From the IMG/VR virus record IMGVR_UViG_3300033463_004353, positions 1 to 64,000 of that record: 64,000 bases of DNA. One strand, 5' to 3'. This stretch comes from a virus (taxonomy: Duplodnaviria > Caudoviricetes). The position numbers and the translations under genes were made by a program. Every line of letters starts with the position of its first letter. The stretch's first letter is position 1. Positions 10,518 through 20,320 of the stretch are shown piece after piece. A model generated the notes under the pieces. That model searched no databases and was not told the origin of the DNA. It worked only from the letters and a program-made list of their open reading frames with translations.

Positions 10518-11615
10518 TTAACATGATTTAACATTATCCATTGCCATGGCCTCATCTATGAATGTGTTTGCTGCATTCTCCCAAGTGTATTTCTGCATGA
10601 CAATCTCTTTCCTTGCTTCACGAATATCTATGCGATCACTGTCATAGTAGTGCCTCATCAAGTGCACTATCTTGCTAGCCATCTCATTGCATGCTCTAGC
10701 ATATGTGAACCTATTGCTAAAGCTAGATAGCATCTTGTCTTCTATCATGAATCCAAGAGTGGTTGACAACCCATATGTCATTGGTGATACCACTTCATTG
10801 CCAGCCATCACATTCTCTATAGCTGTTATGCAGAAAGTCTCATAGAATGTGCTTGGGTATGCCCATACACGATGCTTCGACATCTCATTATACAGCTCTT
10901 CTTTGTTGAATCCTCCAATCTGCTCAAACCATTGCTTGCTAGCAACAGAGCTGAAGTCAACTCCTTTCTCATATGTGCAATGCTTGACTTTGAACTCTGG
11001 TATCTCTCTCAACACTAGTGGAGCAACATCATTCACTAATATGTCAAGGCCTCTAGACTTGCAACTAGAGAACAGTATTGAGAAGTCACGCTCACCACTA
11101 TTGCAATTCTTGAACTTCGAGAAGTCTATTGCATTGATTGTCAGCCTGATTTTGTATGGATTGACATGCATTTTGTCTATGAGTGTCTTCTTGTGTGCTT
11201 CTGACAAAGCAAACACTCTGTCTACCTCACTTGGTACAACTTCAGAGAAGATTGGCTCACTAGACCACCCTAGCCCTTCAACAAATGCCGGATACAAGTC
11301 ATGGCACATCAAGAATATCTTTGATCCAAGGCTTATGAAGAAGTCCATCACTTCTCTGTATATGACTCTTGATATTATAGTGAAGTTTGGCAAATGTGCT
11401 CTATCAATTGTCCTTGCATATCTGTAGTATCCGATGTATGTGACATTGTTTGAATCAATGTACAACCGGTCATTTGCATTGATGACATATGTCTTGTGGC
11501 CCATCTTTGCAAATTGTGAAGCTATGTACATTGTCCAAGTCTCAGAGCCACCAAGAGGATTCTTGATGGTGTCTTTGCCATACTCACCTATGAAGTCTAC
11601 TATTGCAATGTCCAT
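10518..11615 (-). CDS. Glycosyltransferase family 4 (GT-B fold)
   Basis: LGGSETW, FSSCKSRGL and YPSTFYETFCITAIE (E-x7-E) motifs. Confidence 0.88.
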   Translation of the reverse strand: MDIAIVDFIGEYGKDTIKNPLGGSETWTMYIASQFAKMGHKTYVINANDRLYIDSNNVTYIGYYRYARTIDRAHLPNFTIISRVIYREVMDFFISLGSKIFLMCHDLYPAFVEGLGWSSEPIFSEVVPSEVDRVFALSEAHKKTLIDKMHVNPYKIRLTINAIDFSKFKNCNSGERDFSILFSSCKSRGLDILVNDVAPLVLREIPEFKVKHCTYEKGVDFSSVASKQWFEQIGGFNKEELYNEMSKHRVWAYPSTFYETFCITAIENVMAGNEVVSPMTYGLSTTLGFMIEDKMLSSFSNRFTYARACNEMASKIVHLMRHYYDSDRIDIREARKEIVMQKYTWENAANTFIDEAMAMDNVKSC

Positions 11616-11616
11616 A

Positions 11617-11754
11617 TCAAAACTCTTCTATCAAACCATCAAGTGTGCTGCACACATCTTCTAAGAACAAGCTCTCACCACTACCAAAGTCCACAACTGA
11701 TGGTATCTTGTCTGGCATCATGAAAATCTCACTGTTGTCTACTTCGCTATTCAT
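11617..11754 (-). CDS. Small hypothetical protein
   Basis: MNSEVDNS...; start chosen 23 nt downstream of the CTATTTT motif at 11778-11789. Confidence 0.45.
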   Translation of the reverse strand: MNSEVDNSEIFMMPDKIPSVVDFGSGESLFLEDVCSTLDGLIEEF

Positions 11755-11808
11755 TTGATGTATAATGTCATGTAATTTAAAATAGCTTTGTGATGAATCC
11801 CTAATCAA

Positions 11809-11818
11809 TTATTTTTAA
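11809..11818 (+). promoter_or_regulatory. Putative late promoter TTATT(T/A)TTAA (representative site)
   Basis: Also at 590-599(-), 19118-19127(-), 24742-24751(+), 28975-28984(+), 31256-31265(+), 46239-46248(+), 52033-52042(-), 53164-53173(-) and 55609-55618(+). Confidence 0.75.
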
Positions 11819-11844
11819 TAAAAATAGTTCATAAAGATGCTATC

Positions 11845-12021
11845 ATGGCAAAGGACATAATAATATTCACTGATGATGATGACTACAATGAGTTTGGTGG
11901 TGACTTCTTAGACAACTACATAAATGAGAATTTCCCTTCATCAACTTTCATCATCACTGAAGACAACAAAGGTGTGCTCACTAACGAGGAGAATGATGCA
12001 TATATGACTATGGAGAACTGA
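11845..12021 (+). CDS. Small acidic protein (58 aa), not in ORF track
   Basis: MAKDIIIFTDDDDYNEFGGDFLDNY...MEN; 26 nt downstream of TTATTTTTAA. Confidence 0.6.
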   Translation: MAKDIIIFTDDDDYNEFGGDFLDNYINENFPSSTFIITEDNKGVLTNEENDAYMTMEN

Positions 12022-12116
12022 CCTCACAAGCATGAGGTGACTATAGAGCAGACATACAAGCTGCTCACATTTTTGTTTGTATATCATTCATAAACATATA
12101 TCAAGTTTTATCATAA

Positions 12117-12656
12117 ATGGCAATAAATGGCAGAAAGATATCTAGCTTCAGCACTCTGGGCCAGCTCACTGGCGAAGAGTACTTGATGGTAGCATACAAA
12201 GGAAAGACCTACAAGATACCTACTGAGCTGCTAATCTCCAACATGCTTGAGAGCATGACACAAGTCCGTCGCAATGGTGATGGTGAAGACAACCCTATAA
12301 CTGTGATCACTAATGATGGCACACAGAGAGTGTTCCACGTGTACAATGGCCAGAAGGGAAGTGAAGGTGATGAAGGCAAAGAAGGCCCAAAGGGAGAGCG
12401 TGGTGACTCAGGAATAGCAATATACAACTATTCAGCAGATGACATAAAGAGCTTGATTGTCAACTCTCTTGATGGCTCGCAGTATAGTGATGAAGAGCTG
12501 ACAGAGAGAATGCTCTCAGCTGCTCAAGGCATGATCTTGAACAACCAGATCAAAGACTTGAAAGAAGTGTACTTTGACACACAAGAAGAGTTTGATGCCG
12601 AAGAGAGAGCTGGCAGGATATATGATGACACCAAGTACTACATATTCGAAGAATGA
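12117..12656 (+). CDS. Fibre-associated protein with short collagen repeat
   Basis: GQKGSEGDEGKEGPKGERGDSG plus LSAAQG fibre motif; N-terminus resembles that of 12884..15328. Confidence 0.75.
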   Translation: MAINGRKISSFSTLGQLTGEEYLMVAYKGKTYKIPTELLISNMLESMTQVRRNGDGEDNPITVITNDGTQRVFHVYNGQKGSEGDEGKEGPKGERGDSGIAIYNYSADDIKSLIVNSLDGSQYSDEELTERMLSAAQGMILNNQIKDLKEVYFDTQEEFDAEERAGRIYDDTKYYIFEE

Positions 12657-12681
12657 AAAAAACTGACAACACCTAAAGCAT

Positions 12682-12855
12682 ATGGCACTATATGTAGACA
12701 ACAAGCAGATAACAACAATATACAAAGGCAACAGGCACATTGCTGCTATCTACCAAGGCACTAGGTTGATATGGCAATACATACGCAGCTGCTTTGGTCG
12801 TGGGTATTGGATAAATGACAAGCCATGGTCTGACACGGATGGGTGGAAAAACTAA
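12682..12855 (+). CDS. Small tail-fibre-associated protein (57 aa), not in ORF track
   Basis: MALYVDNKQITTIYKGNRHIAAIYQGTRLIWQYIRSCFGRGYWINDKPWSDTDGWKN; sits between two fibre genes and resembles small fibre-linked proteins of Bacteroidota phages (from recollection). Confidence 0.7.
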   Translation: MALYVDNKQITTIYKGNRHIAAIYQGTRLIWQYIRSCFGRGYWINDKPWSDTDGWKN

Positions 12856-12883
12856 AAAGACACATTGAATCAAGAACACAATC

Positions 12884-15328
12884 ATGATAACAAAAGCAAT
12901 CAGGGTATCTGACTTGCCATTGATGAAGAATCTGTCTACCAATGGCAAGACAATAATAGCTTCAGGAAGGCAAAACTACTCTATCTCATTGAGTCAAGTC
13001 AAGGGAAAGAGGATAATCAGCTTGAGCGAGATTGAGGCAAACCATAGCGATGGTGACAGGACAAACACCATTGTCATGTCATTTGACACCGGTGAGACTA
13101 AGTACTTGACAGTCCTCAATGGCCAAGATGGTGACAAGGGCAAGACTGGCCGTATTGGTGAGAAAGGTGACAAAGGTGATCCATTCTCAATGGCTGAGGT
13201 CCTTAGTCGTGCACAAGATGTGCTAGTTATTGTCAATGACTGTGAGACAGATGACCCGGAGAAAGCTTGGAGTGCATACCAAGGCAAGACTATGCAAGAA
13301 TTCTTGAACAGCATCTCTCAAGTCGTGATGACTGATGAAGAGTACCAGTTGAGGTTCAATGAGCAAGTCTTTGTAGATCTTGAGTTCACCGTTAATAACC
13401 CTAACAAGAGCATAGCAATAGTGCACAATGACAATGTTGCCCACAAGACATATGTGAAGTACTGGACATATGAAGACAGTGATGAGATGAAGTACTTCAT
13501 TCTAGACACTGAGAATGGGCAGTTTGTTGAAGCACCTATGTCATTTGACATCTGGGATGACTTCTACCTTTCTGACACCACAACAAGATACTTCACAAGA
13601 GAGCTTGAGACAACAATAACAAACCAAGACACTGGTGAAGGCATATCTGAGTGGGTATACACTGAAGTCAAGAAGCCAACATGGATGGATCTTGAGTTTG
13701 AGACAAAGGTTGAAGACACTAAGTCAACAATTGTCTACAGTGACACAGAGCTTGGAGATGATGGTGTCATATCAAAAGATCCTAAAGAAGAGGAGATTGT
13801 TGTGTCTCATGTGCCAATCACTTCAATAAGTGTCAATGGAAGTGAAGTGACAATGCCAATCAACAGCATACTGACTAAGACTATAGACATATTGCCAACA
13901 AACTACAAGAACTCACCAATTGGCATCACTTATGATGAGACTAAAGTGCAAGTGTTTGAAGATGGCAGGATAATGGCTCTTGAAGAGAACTGCACTACAG
14001 TGGTGAAGATATTCTCTGTTGAGAATCCTAACATATATGCTGAAGTGACAATCAATGTGATAACTCTTGTTGAGTCTATTGAGTTCAACGTGCAGTATAT
14101 CAAGGCATTCAAGGGATATGAGCAGACTATACAAGCAGAAGTCTATCCACCAACAGCATCAGACAAGACTATTGAGTGGAGCTCTAGTGATGAGTCAATT
14201 GCTACTGTTGACCAAAATGGAAAGATAACACTCATATCTGAAGGCAATGTCACTATATATGCTGCAGCAACAGATGGCAGTGGCAAGATAAGTAGGATTG
14301 ATGTGACTGTTGACACAGCCGTGTCTGAGATCCAGCTTGAAGACAGCTATGAAGTGCTTATTGGCATACCTACAACTATCCATGCAACAGTTCTTCCTGA
14401 GAATGCTTCTAACAAAGCTCTTGAGTGGCTGAGTGACAACCAGCAGATAAGTGCTGGTGCTGCTCCTAATGGAGTTGATGGACAAGTCTACATGGAATCT
14501 AAGGTTGATGGCACAATCAATGTACGAGCAATAGATGGCAGTGGCACTACAAAGGCAATATCAATAATTGGAAAGACACCTGTCAAGAACATAGAAATTG
14601 ACACTAATGCCCTGACGCTTGACATTGGTGACAGCCACCAGCTTGTTGCTGTGGCAAATGATGATGCTGACAACAAGACTATCATATGGGCATCATCAGA
14701 CCCAACAATTGCTTCTGTGACACAAGATGGATTAGTGAGAGCAGTGAATGGAGGATATGCACAGATAACTGCAACAGCTGCAGATGGATCTGGAACAAGT
14801 GTCTCTTGCAATGTTCGCTCTGTGATACTGATAACAGACATTGCATTTGCTAGCAACAGCATAGACATATACACCGGAAACACATACAAGATCAACTACA
14901 CAATCTACCCAGCTGAGATGCAAAGCAGCAACTTGATATGGTACACATCTGATGACACAGTTGCAACAGTTGCTAATGGCACTATAACCGGCTTGAGTGA
15001 AGGCAAGATAAAAGTATATGCTATGGCTGATGACAACAGTGGCACTATAGCATCGGCAGATGTGAATGTGAGCATAGCAACTAGTGAGCTGTTGCTTTCT
15101 GACTATGAAGTTGACTTGCATGTTGATGACAACTACCCACTGATTGCAACAGTCATACCAGACGACACAACCAACCAGAATGTTGAGTTCACATCATTAG
15201 ATCCAACAATAGCATCTGTAGATGTTTCTGGAAACATAACAGCATTGAGAGAAGGCACTACATCAGTGTTTGTCACAACTACTGATGGAAGCAACTTGAG
15301 TGCTGAGTGTGTGATAAATGTTAATTAA
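12884..15328 (+). CDS. Virion fibre/decoration protein with collagen segment and tandem Ig-like (Big_2) domains
   Basis: About 6 repeats of the type P..A..K.I.WSSSD.SIATVD..G.IT....G...I.A...DGSG. Confidence 0.88.
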   Translation: MITKAIRVSDLPLMKNLSTNGKTIIASGRQNYSISLSQVKGKRIISLSEIEANHSDGDRTNTIVMSFDTGETKYLTVLNGQDGDKGKTGRIGEKGDKGDPFSMAEVLSRAQDVLVIVNDCETDDPEKAWSAYQGKTMQEFLNSISQVVMTDEEYQLRFNEQVFVDLEFTVNNPNKSIAIVHNDNVAHKTYVKYWTYEDSDEMKYFILDTENGQFVEAPMSFDIWDDFYLSDTTTRYFTRELETTITNQDTGEGISEWVYTEVKKPTWMDLEFETKVEDTKSTIVYSDTELGDDGVISKDPKEEEIVVSHVPITSISVNGSEVTMPINSILTKTIDILPTNYKNSPIGITYDETKVQVFEDGRIMALEENCTTVVKIFSVENPNIYAEVTINVITLVESIEFNVQYIKAFKGYEQTIQAEVYPPTASDKTIEWSSSDESIATVDQNGKITLISEGNVTIYAAATDGSGKISRIDVTVDTAVSEIQLEDSYEVLIGIPTTIHATVLPENASNKALEWLSDNQQISAGAAPNGVDGQVYMESKVDGTINVRAIDGSGTTKAISIIGKTPVKNIEIDTNALTLDIGDSHQLVAVANDDADNKTIIWASSDPTIASVTQDGLVRAVNGGYAQITATAADGSGTSVSCNVRSVILITDIAFASNSIDIYTGNTYKINYTIYPAEMQSSNLIWYTSDDTVATVANGTITGLSEGKIKVYAMADDNSGTIASADVNVSIATSELLLSDYEVDLHVDDNYPLIATVIPDDTTNQNVEFTSLDPTIASVDVSGNITALREGTTSVFVTTTDGSNLSAECVINVN

Positions 15329-15333
15329 AACTA

Positions 15334-17715
15334 TTGATAGAAGAACAGATGAACACAATAACTGTCTCTAATTTACCTAGCATAACATTCTACACAGGAG
15401 AAGATGCCTATGAGTGTGCATCTGCTGTTGAGAACAGAGAATATGGTTTCCACAGCGACTTCTTTGGAGACCTCACAAAGACACAAGACTACAACAGCAG
15501 ATGGTCTTACATGACATCTAGCACATTCTCAGAGAACAAGACTGAATACTCTAACATTGGTGACATCATCAATAGCACGGTGTCATACTTGAACAAGTTC
15601 AAGAACAATGAGGTGTCTATATCTGTTGACAAGAATGTAGTTGTGTTCAACTATGACTATGAGGATGATCTTGATAGCATGTTTGAGAACACATCTGCAA
15701 TCCCTTCAACTGACTTGATCAACTTGCTCCTCAATGTGAATGACATGACATTCAACAAGCAGAACTACTATCGTGGCAACATTGAGCTTCGTGAGATCAG
15801 CTATGCACACAAGAAGTATCCTTATCGCCCAGATGGGACACAATACACAGTCAATGACCCTAATGATGCATCAATGATAATAAACTATGACTTCAGCAGG
15901 CAATTTGTTGACTACAACTACATAGAGACTTCATATGATGTAGCTTATGTTGGATATGTGATGCGTGAGATAACAACAGCTGATGGCACTATAACATATG
16001 TGCCAACCGAGCAGTCATACACCGGATTCAACACATACTACACTTACCAAATCTCAAACATCAATGACTTCTCTGACAGGATGAGTGTGTTCTTTGACAA
16101 CAACACAAGCAAAGTTGAGAGGATGCACAATGACTTGAAGACTTACTTCATGTCTGACCTTGACACAATGCTCACACTTTCTCTGAACACATACTCACTT
16201 GGTGCAAAGAACTTGTATGCTTACTTCAACTTCTCAAGCAACTTTGACAACTGGTTTGACAATGTCATTGCTGTGAATGCAAACTTGTCTCAACTCTCAA
16301 GTGGTGATGCTATAGCTACAGTGGCCGGGAATGATGGTGCTTGTATTGATGTTGCAATTGGCACAGAAAGCTTGATTGGTGGTGCTATCACAATAAGTGG
16401 TGACACTACAGTGTCATTTGCTAGTGAAGGGCTGACAGAAGATGAATACACAAAGATATCTCTCATCAACCCAATGGAGATGACTAGCATTGACTTGTCA
16501 CCAATAGCTGGCAAGGTGAAGTCTATAGACTTAGCACCTAAGTATGAGAAACGCACTAGTGTCTCAAGCTATGTCACTACTGATTGGACTGCACAGCATA
16601 GCCCAATGATATCTTCACTTAAGGTTGGCTCATTAGAAACACAGTCTCCAATTGAGAAGATCATCGGCATAAACACATTGAGGAACACACTAGAAGAGAT
16701 AGACATAATAAACTGCAATGCACTGAGGAAAGACTTCTCAATATCTAGGATGCCTTGTCTAGAAAAGTTCATTGCTAGTGGATCATCAGTGAAGACATTT
16801 GTCCCTCACCAAGGCAACCACTTCACAAAAGTCAGCTTGCCATCAACGGTGAACACTATAGTGCTGCACAACAATGAGATTGATGACTTTGACTACATAG
16901 TGACAGGATCACTTGTGAATTTGACACTTGACAATGTGTCTGGATTTGACACAAAGGAGTTTGTGAGTGACTGGGTGCATGCTCTTGAGACAACTATAGT
17001 TGAGAGCAATGGTGCCAACATAGACTTGCTGCACCAAGGAATAGTGACAAACACTAACTTGCAAGGCATATCTTGGCAAGAGTATGAAGTAGGTGAGCTC
17101 TTGAAGTTCAAGTGGCTTGGATTGAACAACTTCAGTGGAAGCATATCTGTAGTTGGGAGTGGCAATGATGGATCACTGACAAGGCATGAGTACTTGGCAC
17201 TTCGTGAGACATTTGGTGACACAATGGTGATAGACAAGTCAACTCCAATGCAGCTTGACTACACTATAGATGAGATGGCATTCAAGAAGAAAGTCAACTT
17301 CTTCAGCATTGAAGAAGACACATTTGAAGGTGTGACAACCGAGAGCTTGATACCAGACTTGAGCAAAGAGTTCTACTTTGAGATAAATGACCAGACTGGT
17401 GGGCACTCATTGTTAGACTACTTTGATGGTGTTGACAGGATTGAGCTTGTGAGGAACAAAGAGAACTTTGGATATGAAGTGACATTGCCAACTAAGATAT
17501 ACACTGACAACAATGACAGCTCATCACTCACAAAGCGAATAGAGTCTGGTGATGTCTTGCTTTACAAAGGCGCAAAGCTCATCCTTGTTTCTAACCGTCC
17601 ACAGAACTTGCCTAACAGCCAGAACAATGTTGTCTACAACTATGTCAAAGTTGGCAGATTCTTGTTCAGCCAGCAGAATGCAAAGAAGATACTCATAGAG
17701 ATTGTGAACAGTTGA
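15334..17715 (+). CDS. Large virion-associated protein with LRR-like middle and cyclophilin-like C-terminal domain (ATG start probably 15349)
   Basis: LEEIDIINC...LEKFIASGS...VSLPSTV repeats; C-terminal LPTKIYTD...SGDVLLYKG..LIL...YNYVKVG. Confidence 0.7.
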   Translation: MIEEQMNTITVSNLPSITFYTGEDAYECASAVENREYGFHSDFFGDLTKTQDYNSRWSYMTSSTFSENKTEYSNIGDIINSTVSYLNKFKNNEVSISVDKNVVVFNYDYEDDLDSMFENTSAIPSTDLINLLLNVNDMTFNKQNYYRGNIELREISYAHKKYPYRPDGTQYTVNDPNDASMIINYDFSRQFVDYNYIETSYDVAYVGYVMREITTADGTITYVPTEQSYTGFNTYYTYQISNINDFSDRMSVFFDNNTSKVERMHNDLKTYFMSDLDTMLTLSLNTYSLGAKNLYAYFNFSSNFDNWFDNVIAVNANLSQLSSGDAIATVAGNDGACIDVAIGTESLIGGAITISGDTTVSFASEGLTEDEYTKISLINPMEMTSIDLSPIAGKVKSIDLAPKYEKRTSVSSYVTTDWTAQHSPMISSLKVGSLETQSPIEKIIGINTLRNTLEEIDIINCNALRKDFSISRMPCLEKFIASGSSVKTFVPHQGNHFTKVSLPSTVNTIVLHNNEIDDFDYIVTGSLVNLTLDNVSGFDTKEFVSDWVHALETTIVESNGANIDLLHQGIVTNTNLQGISWQEYEVGELLKFKWLGLNNFSGSISVVGSGNDGSLTRHEYLALRETFGDTMVIDKSTPMQLDYTIDEMAFKKKVNFFSIEEDTFEGVTTESLIPDLSKEFYFEINDQTGGHSLLDYFDGVDRIELVRNKENFGYEVTLPTKIYTDNNDSSSLTKRIESGDVLLYKGAKLILVSNRPQNLPNSQNNVVYNYVKVGRFLFSQQNAKKILIEIVNS

Positions 17716-17726
17716 TTAGCTACAAG

Positions 17727-17757
17727 ACACATATATCTATGTACACATATATCTATG
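17727..17757. repeat. Intergenic tandem direct repeat, 2 x ACACATATATCTATG, 16-bp period
   Basis: Copies at 17727-17741 and 17743-17757. Confidence 0.85.
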
Positions 17758-17764
17758 CATAAGA

Positions 17765-17788
17765 AAAGGAGAGCTTAAGCTCTCCTTT
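17765..17788. terminator. Bidirectional intrinsic terminator
   Basis: AAAGGAGAGC-TTAA-GCTCTCCTTT between convergent genes. Confidence 0.85.
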
Positions 17789-17790
17789 CT

Positions 17791-18045
17791 TCATATCTTG
17801 AGTGATATGCTCTTCTCATCTCGATCATACGAGACAAGCTTGCACCTCATGCTCTTTATGTTCTTGTTGTCAAAGACATACTCATATGCACCATCATCAT
17901 GCAGTATCTGCTCATACTCATACTTGCAATTTGCTAAATTCAAGTCATTGTAGTATAGCTTTCCACTGTCTGTATATCCTTTGTAGAAATAGAGATGCAC
18001 TCTACCATCATCATCTTTGAATATAGTTATGAAACCGGGCAACAT
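17791..18045 (-). CDS. Hypothetical protein
   Basis: 84-aa ORF with TTGACTATTTTA upstream at 18080-18091. Confidence 0.6.
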   Translation of the reverse strand: MLPGFITIFKDDDGRVHLYFYKGYTDSGKLYYNDLNLANCKYEYEQILHDDGAYEYVFDNKNIKSMRCKLVSYDRDEKSISLKI

Positions 18046-18107
18046 AGAAGATATATCTTATGAAAACTCACATTAAATTTAAAATAGTCAAGCCTTTGGT
18101 GATTTTG

Positions 18108-18581
18108 CTATCTACTCCTGCTTGGTTGTGCAACTTGCCTAGATCTAGTAGATGGTTGTGTCTGTCGTATCACATGGCTAGGCTTTGAAGGTGGCCTCAA
18201 GTTGCTTTGGCTCCTCGAAGTGCTCTGTTGTGGAGACTGTGGCCTTGCATTAGGTGTCTTTGCCCTAGTTGCAGAGCTATGCCTATTGGTTGTGCTTGGC
18301 ACATGCCTATAGTGATTGTAGTATGTGTATGGCATTGTACGACGATACAGGTATGTTGCACCACCATAGCGATATGGATACCAGTAGTATCCATTATAAT
18401 AGTAGTACCTCAACCTGCCACCAACATAGTATGGGTTGCCAAATGACACAATTGTCGTCACCTGTGTCCCAGTGACATACACGGTGCTATCATATTGGTA
18501 CATGTCATATGCGCATGAGCTAGATATGAGCATCATAGCTAGCATAGCAAGTATGTGCAATGCATTCTTCAATGTCTTCAT
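18108..18581 (-). CDS. Predicted lipoprotein (signal peptidase II), Tyr-rich with disordered C-terminus
   Basis: MKTLK + hydrophobic core + SSC lipobox; YYYYNGYYWYPY; R/S/P/Q-rich tail. Confidence 0.75.
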   Translation of the reverse strand: MKTLKNALHILAMLAMMLISSSCAYDMYQYDSTVYVTGTQVTTIVSFGNPYYVGGRLRYYYYNGYYWYPYRYGGATYLYRRTMPYTYYNHYRHVPSTTNRHSSATRAKTPNARPQSPQQSTSRSQSNLRPPSKPSHVIRQTQPSTRSRQVAQPSRSR

Positions 18582-18630
18582 GGTGTCTTGCTATGGTGTT
18601 TTTGTATTTTTGCTATTCAATTGAAAAAAA

Positions 18631-18661
18631 TGGCACTTACCAAATGTGATGATAAATGCCA
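18631..18661 (-). terminator. Intrinsic terminator
   Basis: On the - strand, a 12-bp stem (TGGCATTTATCA/TGGTAAGTGCCA, with G-U pairs) followed by T7. Confidence 0.75.
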
Positions 18662-18713
18662 ATCTTTTACTTGTTGTCCAATAGTTGCCCTTTGACTAGA
18701 TATCAAAAGATGC

Positions 18714-19091
18714 TCAAGGCTCTTCTGGAGCTGGAGTTTCTGTATTGTTTGGATCTTGGTTAGTTGGATTGCTTGGATCTGGATCAGTTGGATTGCTTGG
18801 ATCTGGATCAGTTGGATTGCTTGGATCTGGATCAGTTGGAGTGCTTGGATTTTGGTTGTCCTCCTCAATCTCTTCAATCTCACCAGTCAGCAATGATGCT
18901 CTCAACTCGGTGTCAATAGCTTCATACAGAGCTTGATTCTCTTCTGTAGTCATGATTACACCAGCTTTGATGTCCCACATGAGCTTCTCATACAACTTGC
19001 TCTTCTCTGATGCATCGGCATTCTCAATGATGTCTGATATGGTGTAGTTCAAGCCAGTCAATGCTTGCCAGTTTTGGTCTAGTTGTGCCAT
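18714..19091 (-). CDS. Late protein with PSNPTDPD tandem repeats
   Basis: 24-nt tandem repeats at about 18770-18845; TTATTATTAA 26 nt upstream. Confidence 0.75.
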   Translation of the reverse strand: MAQLDQNWQALTGLNYTISDIIENADASEKSKLYEKLMWDIKAGVIMTTEENQALYEAIDTELRASLLTGEIEEIEEDNQNPSTPTDPDPSNPTDPDPSNPTDPDPSNPTNQDPNNTETPAPEEP

Positions 19092-19130
19092 GTCTCAAAT
19101 AAAATCATATTTGTTTTTTAATAATAAACA

Positions 19131-20219
19131 TCAAGATTTCTTGTCACGTATCTTCTTGAGCAATGACTTCTCTTCACTACTAGCCTTTGTTGGCATCTCT
19201 GGCTCTATCACTATGATGTAGTCATTGCCATTTATGCCTTCATGTGGTATCTTCACTTGGTCTCCAGACTTAGAGCATTCTCTCACATCTATTCTAACTG
19301 TCTTCCCATTAGGCAAGCTGTGCTTCTTGGTGCATCCAAGTATGCAGTCATAGTATGGGACTCTAACTTTCTCATAGATAGCTCTTGTGTATTGGTTTAT
19401 CACATACCTTGAATTGTCTATAGCATACTTCACCACTACAATCAAGTCACCATTGGTAGACCCTGGCTCTTTGCCTTCACTGCCCATTCCTGTGAACCTC
19501 AGCATTGCTCCTTCTTCAACAAATGGCTTTATGCTCAACTTTATCTTCCTAGTTGACTTCTCAAACCCAGTGCCATTGCAGTTGTTGCACTTCTTCTTCA
19601 CAACCTTCCCATTACCATGGCAATGTTGGCATATTGTCTGTTGCTTGATTATGCCCATTGGTGTGTAGCTTGTCTCAACATGCATTCCAGTACCATTGCA
19701 ATATGGGCACTTCTCAACTTCTCCACCACTGCCATGGCACTCTTTGCACCTTATGTCAACTGGTATCTCAATCTCTTTAGATACACCATTGAACAGCTCT
19801 TCAACAGTCATGTTGTACTCTATCTTCAAAGTAGTGCCTGGCTCTTTCTCAAACTTTTGTGAGTGGTAGCTATGGCTGAAGAAGCTGTCAAACCCACTGT
19901 GCATGCCATTCATCCTCCTTATGATGTCTTCCAAGTCATCACTAAAGCCATCTTGTTGGGTGTATTGTCCACTCTGGAACTTTTGCCAATCATCACCATA
20001 CTTGTCATACATCTGCCTCTTGCTTTGGTCAGAAAGCACTTCATAAGCCTCTGATATCTCTTTGAACTTCTCTTCAGCAGCCTTCCGATCTTTCTCTGGC
20101 TTATCAGTCCACTTGTCTGGATGGTACTTGACTGCACCCTTTCGATAGCTTCTCTTTATCTCATCTTCAGATGCATCTCTACTAACTCCTAATATGTCAT
20201 AATAGCTCTTACTAGCCAT
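19131..20219 (-). CDS. dnaJ: Chaperone DnaJ
   Basis: J-domain with HPD, four CxxCxGxG zinc-finger motifs, C-terminal domain. Confidence 0.95.
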   Translation of the reverse strand: MASKSYYDILGVSRDASEDEIKRSYRKGAVKYHPDKWTDKPEKDRKAAEEKFKEISEAYEVLSDQSKRQMYDKYGDDWQKFQSGQYTQQDGFSDDLEDIIRRMNGMHSGFDSFFSHSYHSQKFEKEPGTTLKIEYNMTVEELFNGVSKEIEIPVDIRCKECHGSGGEVEKCPYCNGTGMHVETSYTPMGIIKQQTICQHCHGNGKVVKKKCNNCNGTGFEKSTRKIKLSIKPFVEEGAMLRFTGMGSEGKEPGSTNGDLIVVVKYAIDNSRYVINQYTRAIYEKVRVPYYDCILGCTKKHSLPNGKTVRIDVRECSKSGDQVKIPHEGINGNDYIIVIEPEMPTKASSEEKSLLKKIRDKKS

Positions 20220-20254
20220 AGTCAAAAAATCATTTTGGTTGTGTCTCTTTTAAA

Positions 20255-20286
20255 GCTGGCCTAGCTACATGAGCAACTAGACCAGC
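20255..20286 (-). other. 14-bp RNA hairpin between dnaK and dnaJ
   Basis: GCTGGTCTAGTTGC-TCAT-GTAGCTAGGCCAGC, fully paired with G-U, then TTT. Confidence 0.7.
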
Positions 20287-20320
20287 ATGATCTAATAATC
20301 CTATTTTGCTTTTGTGCTTG

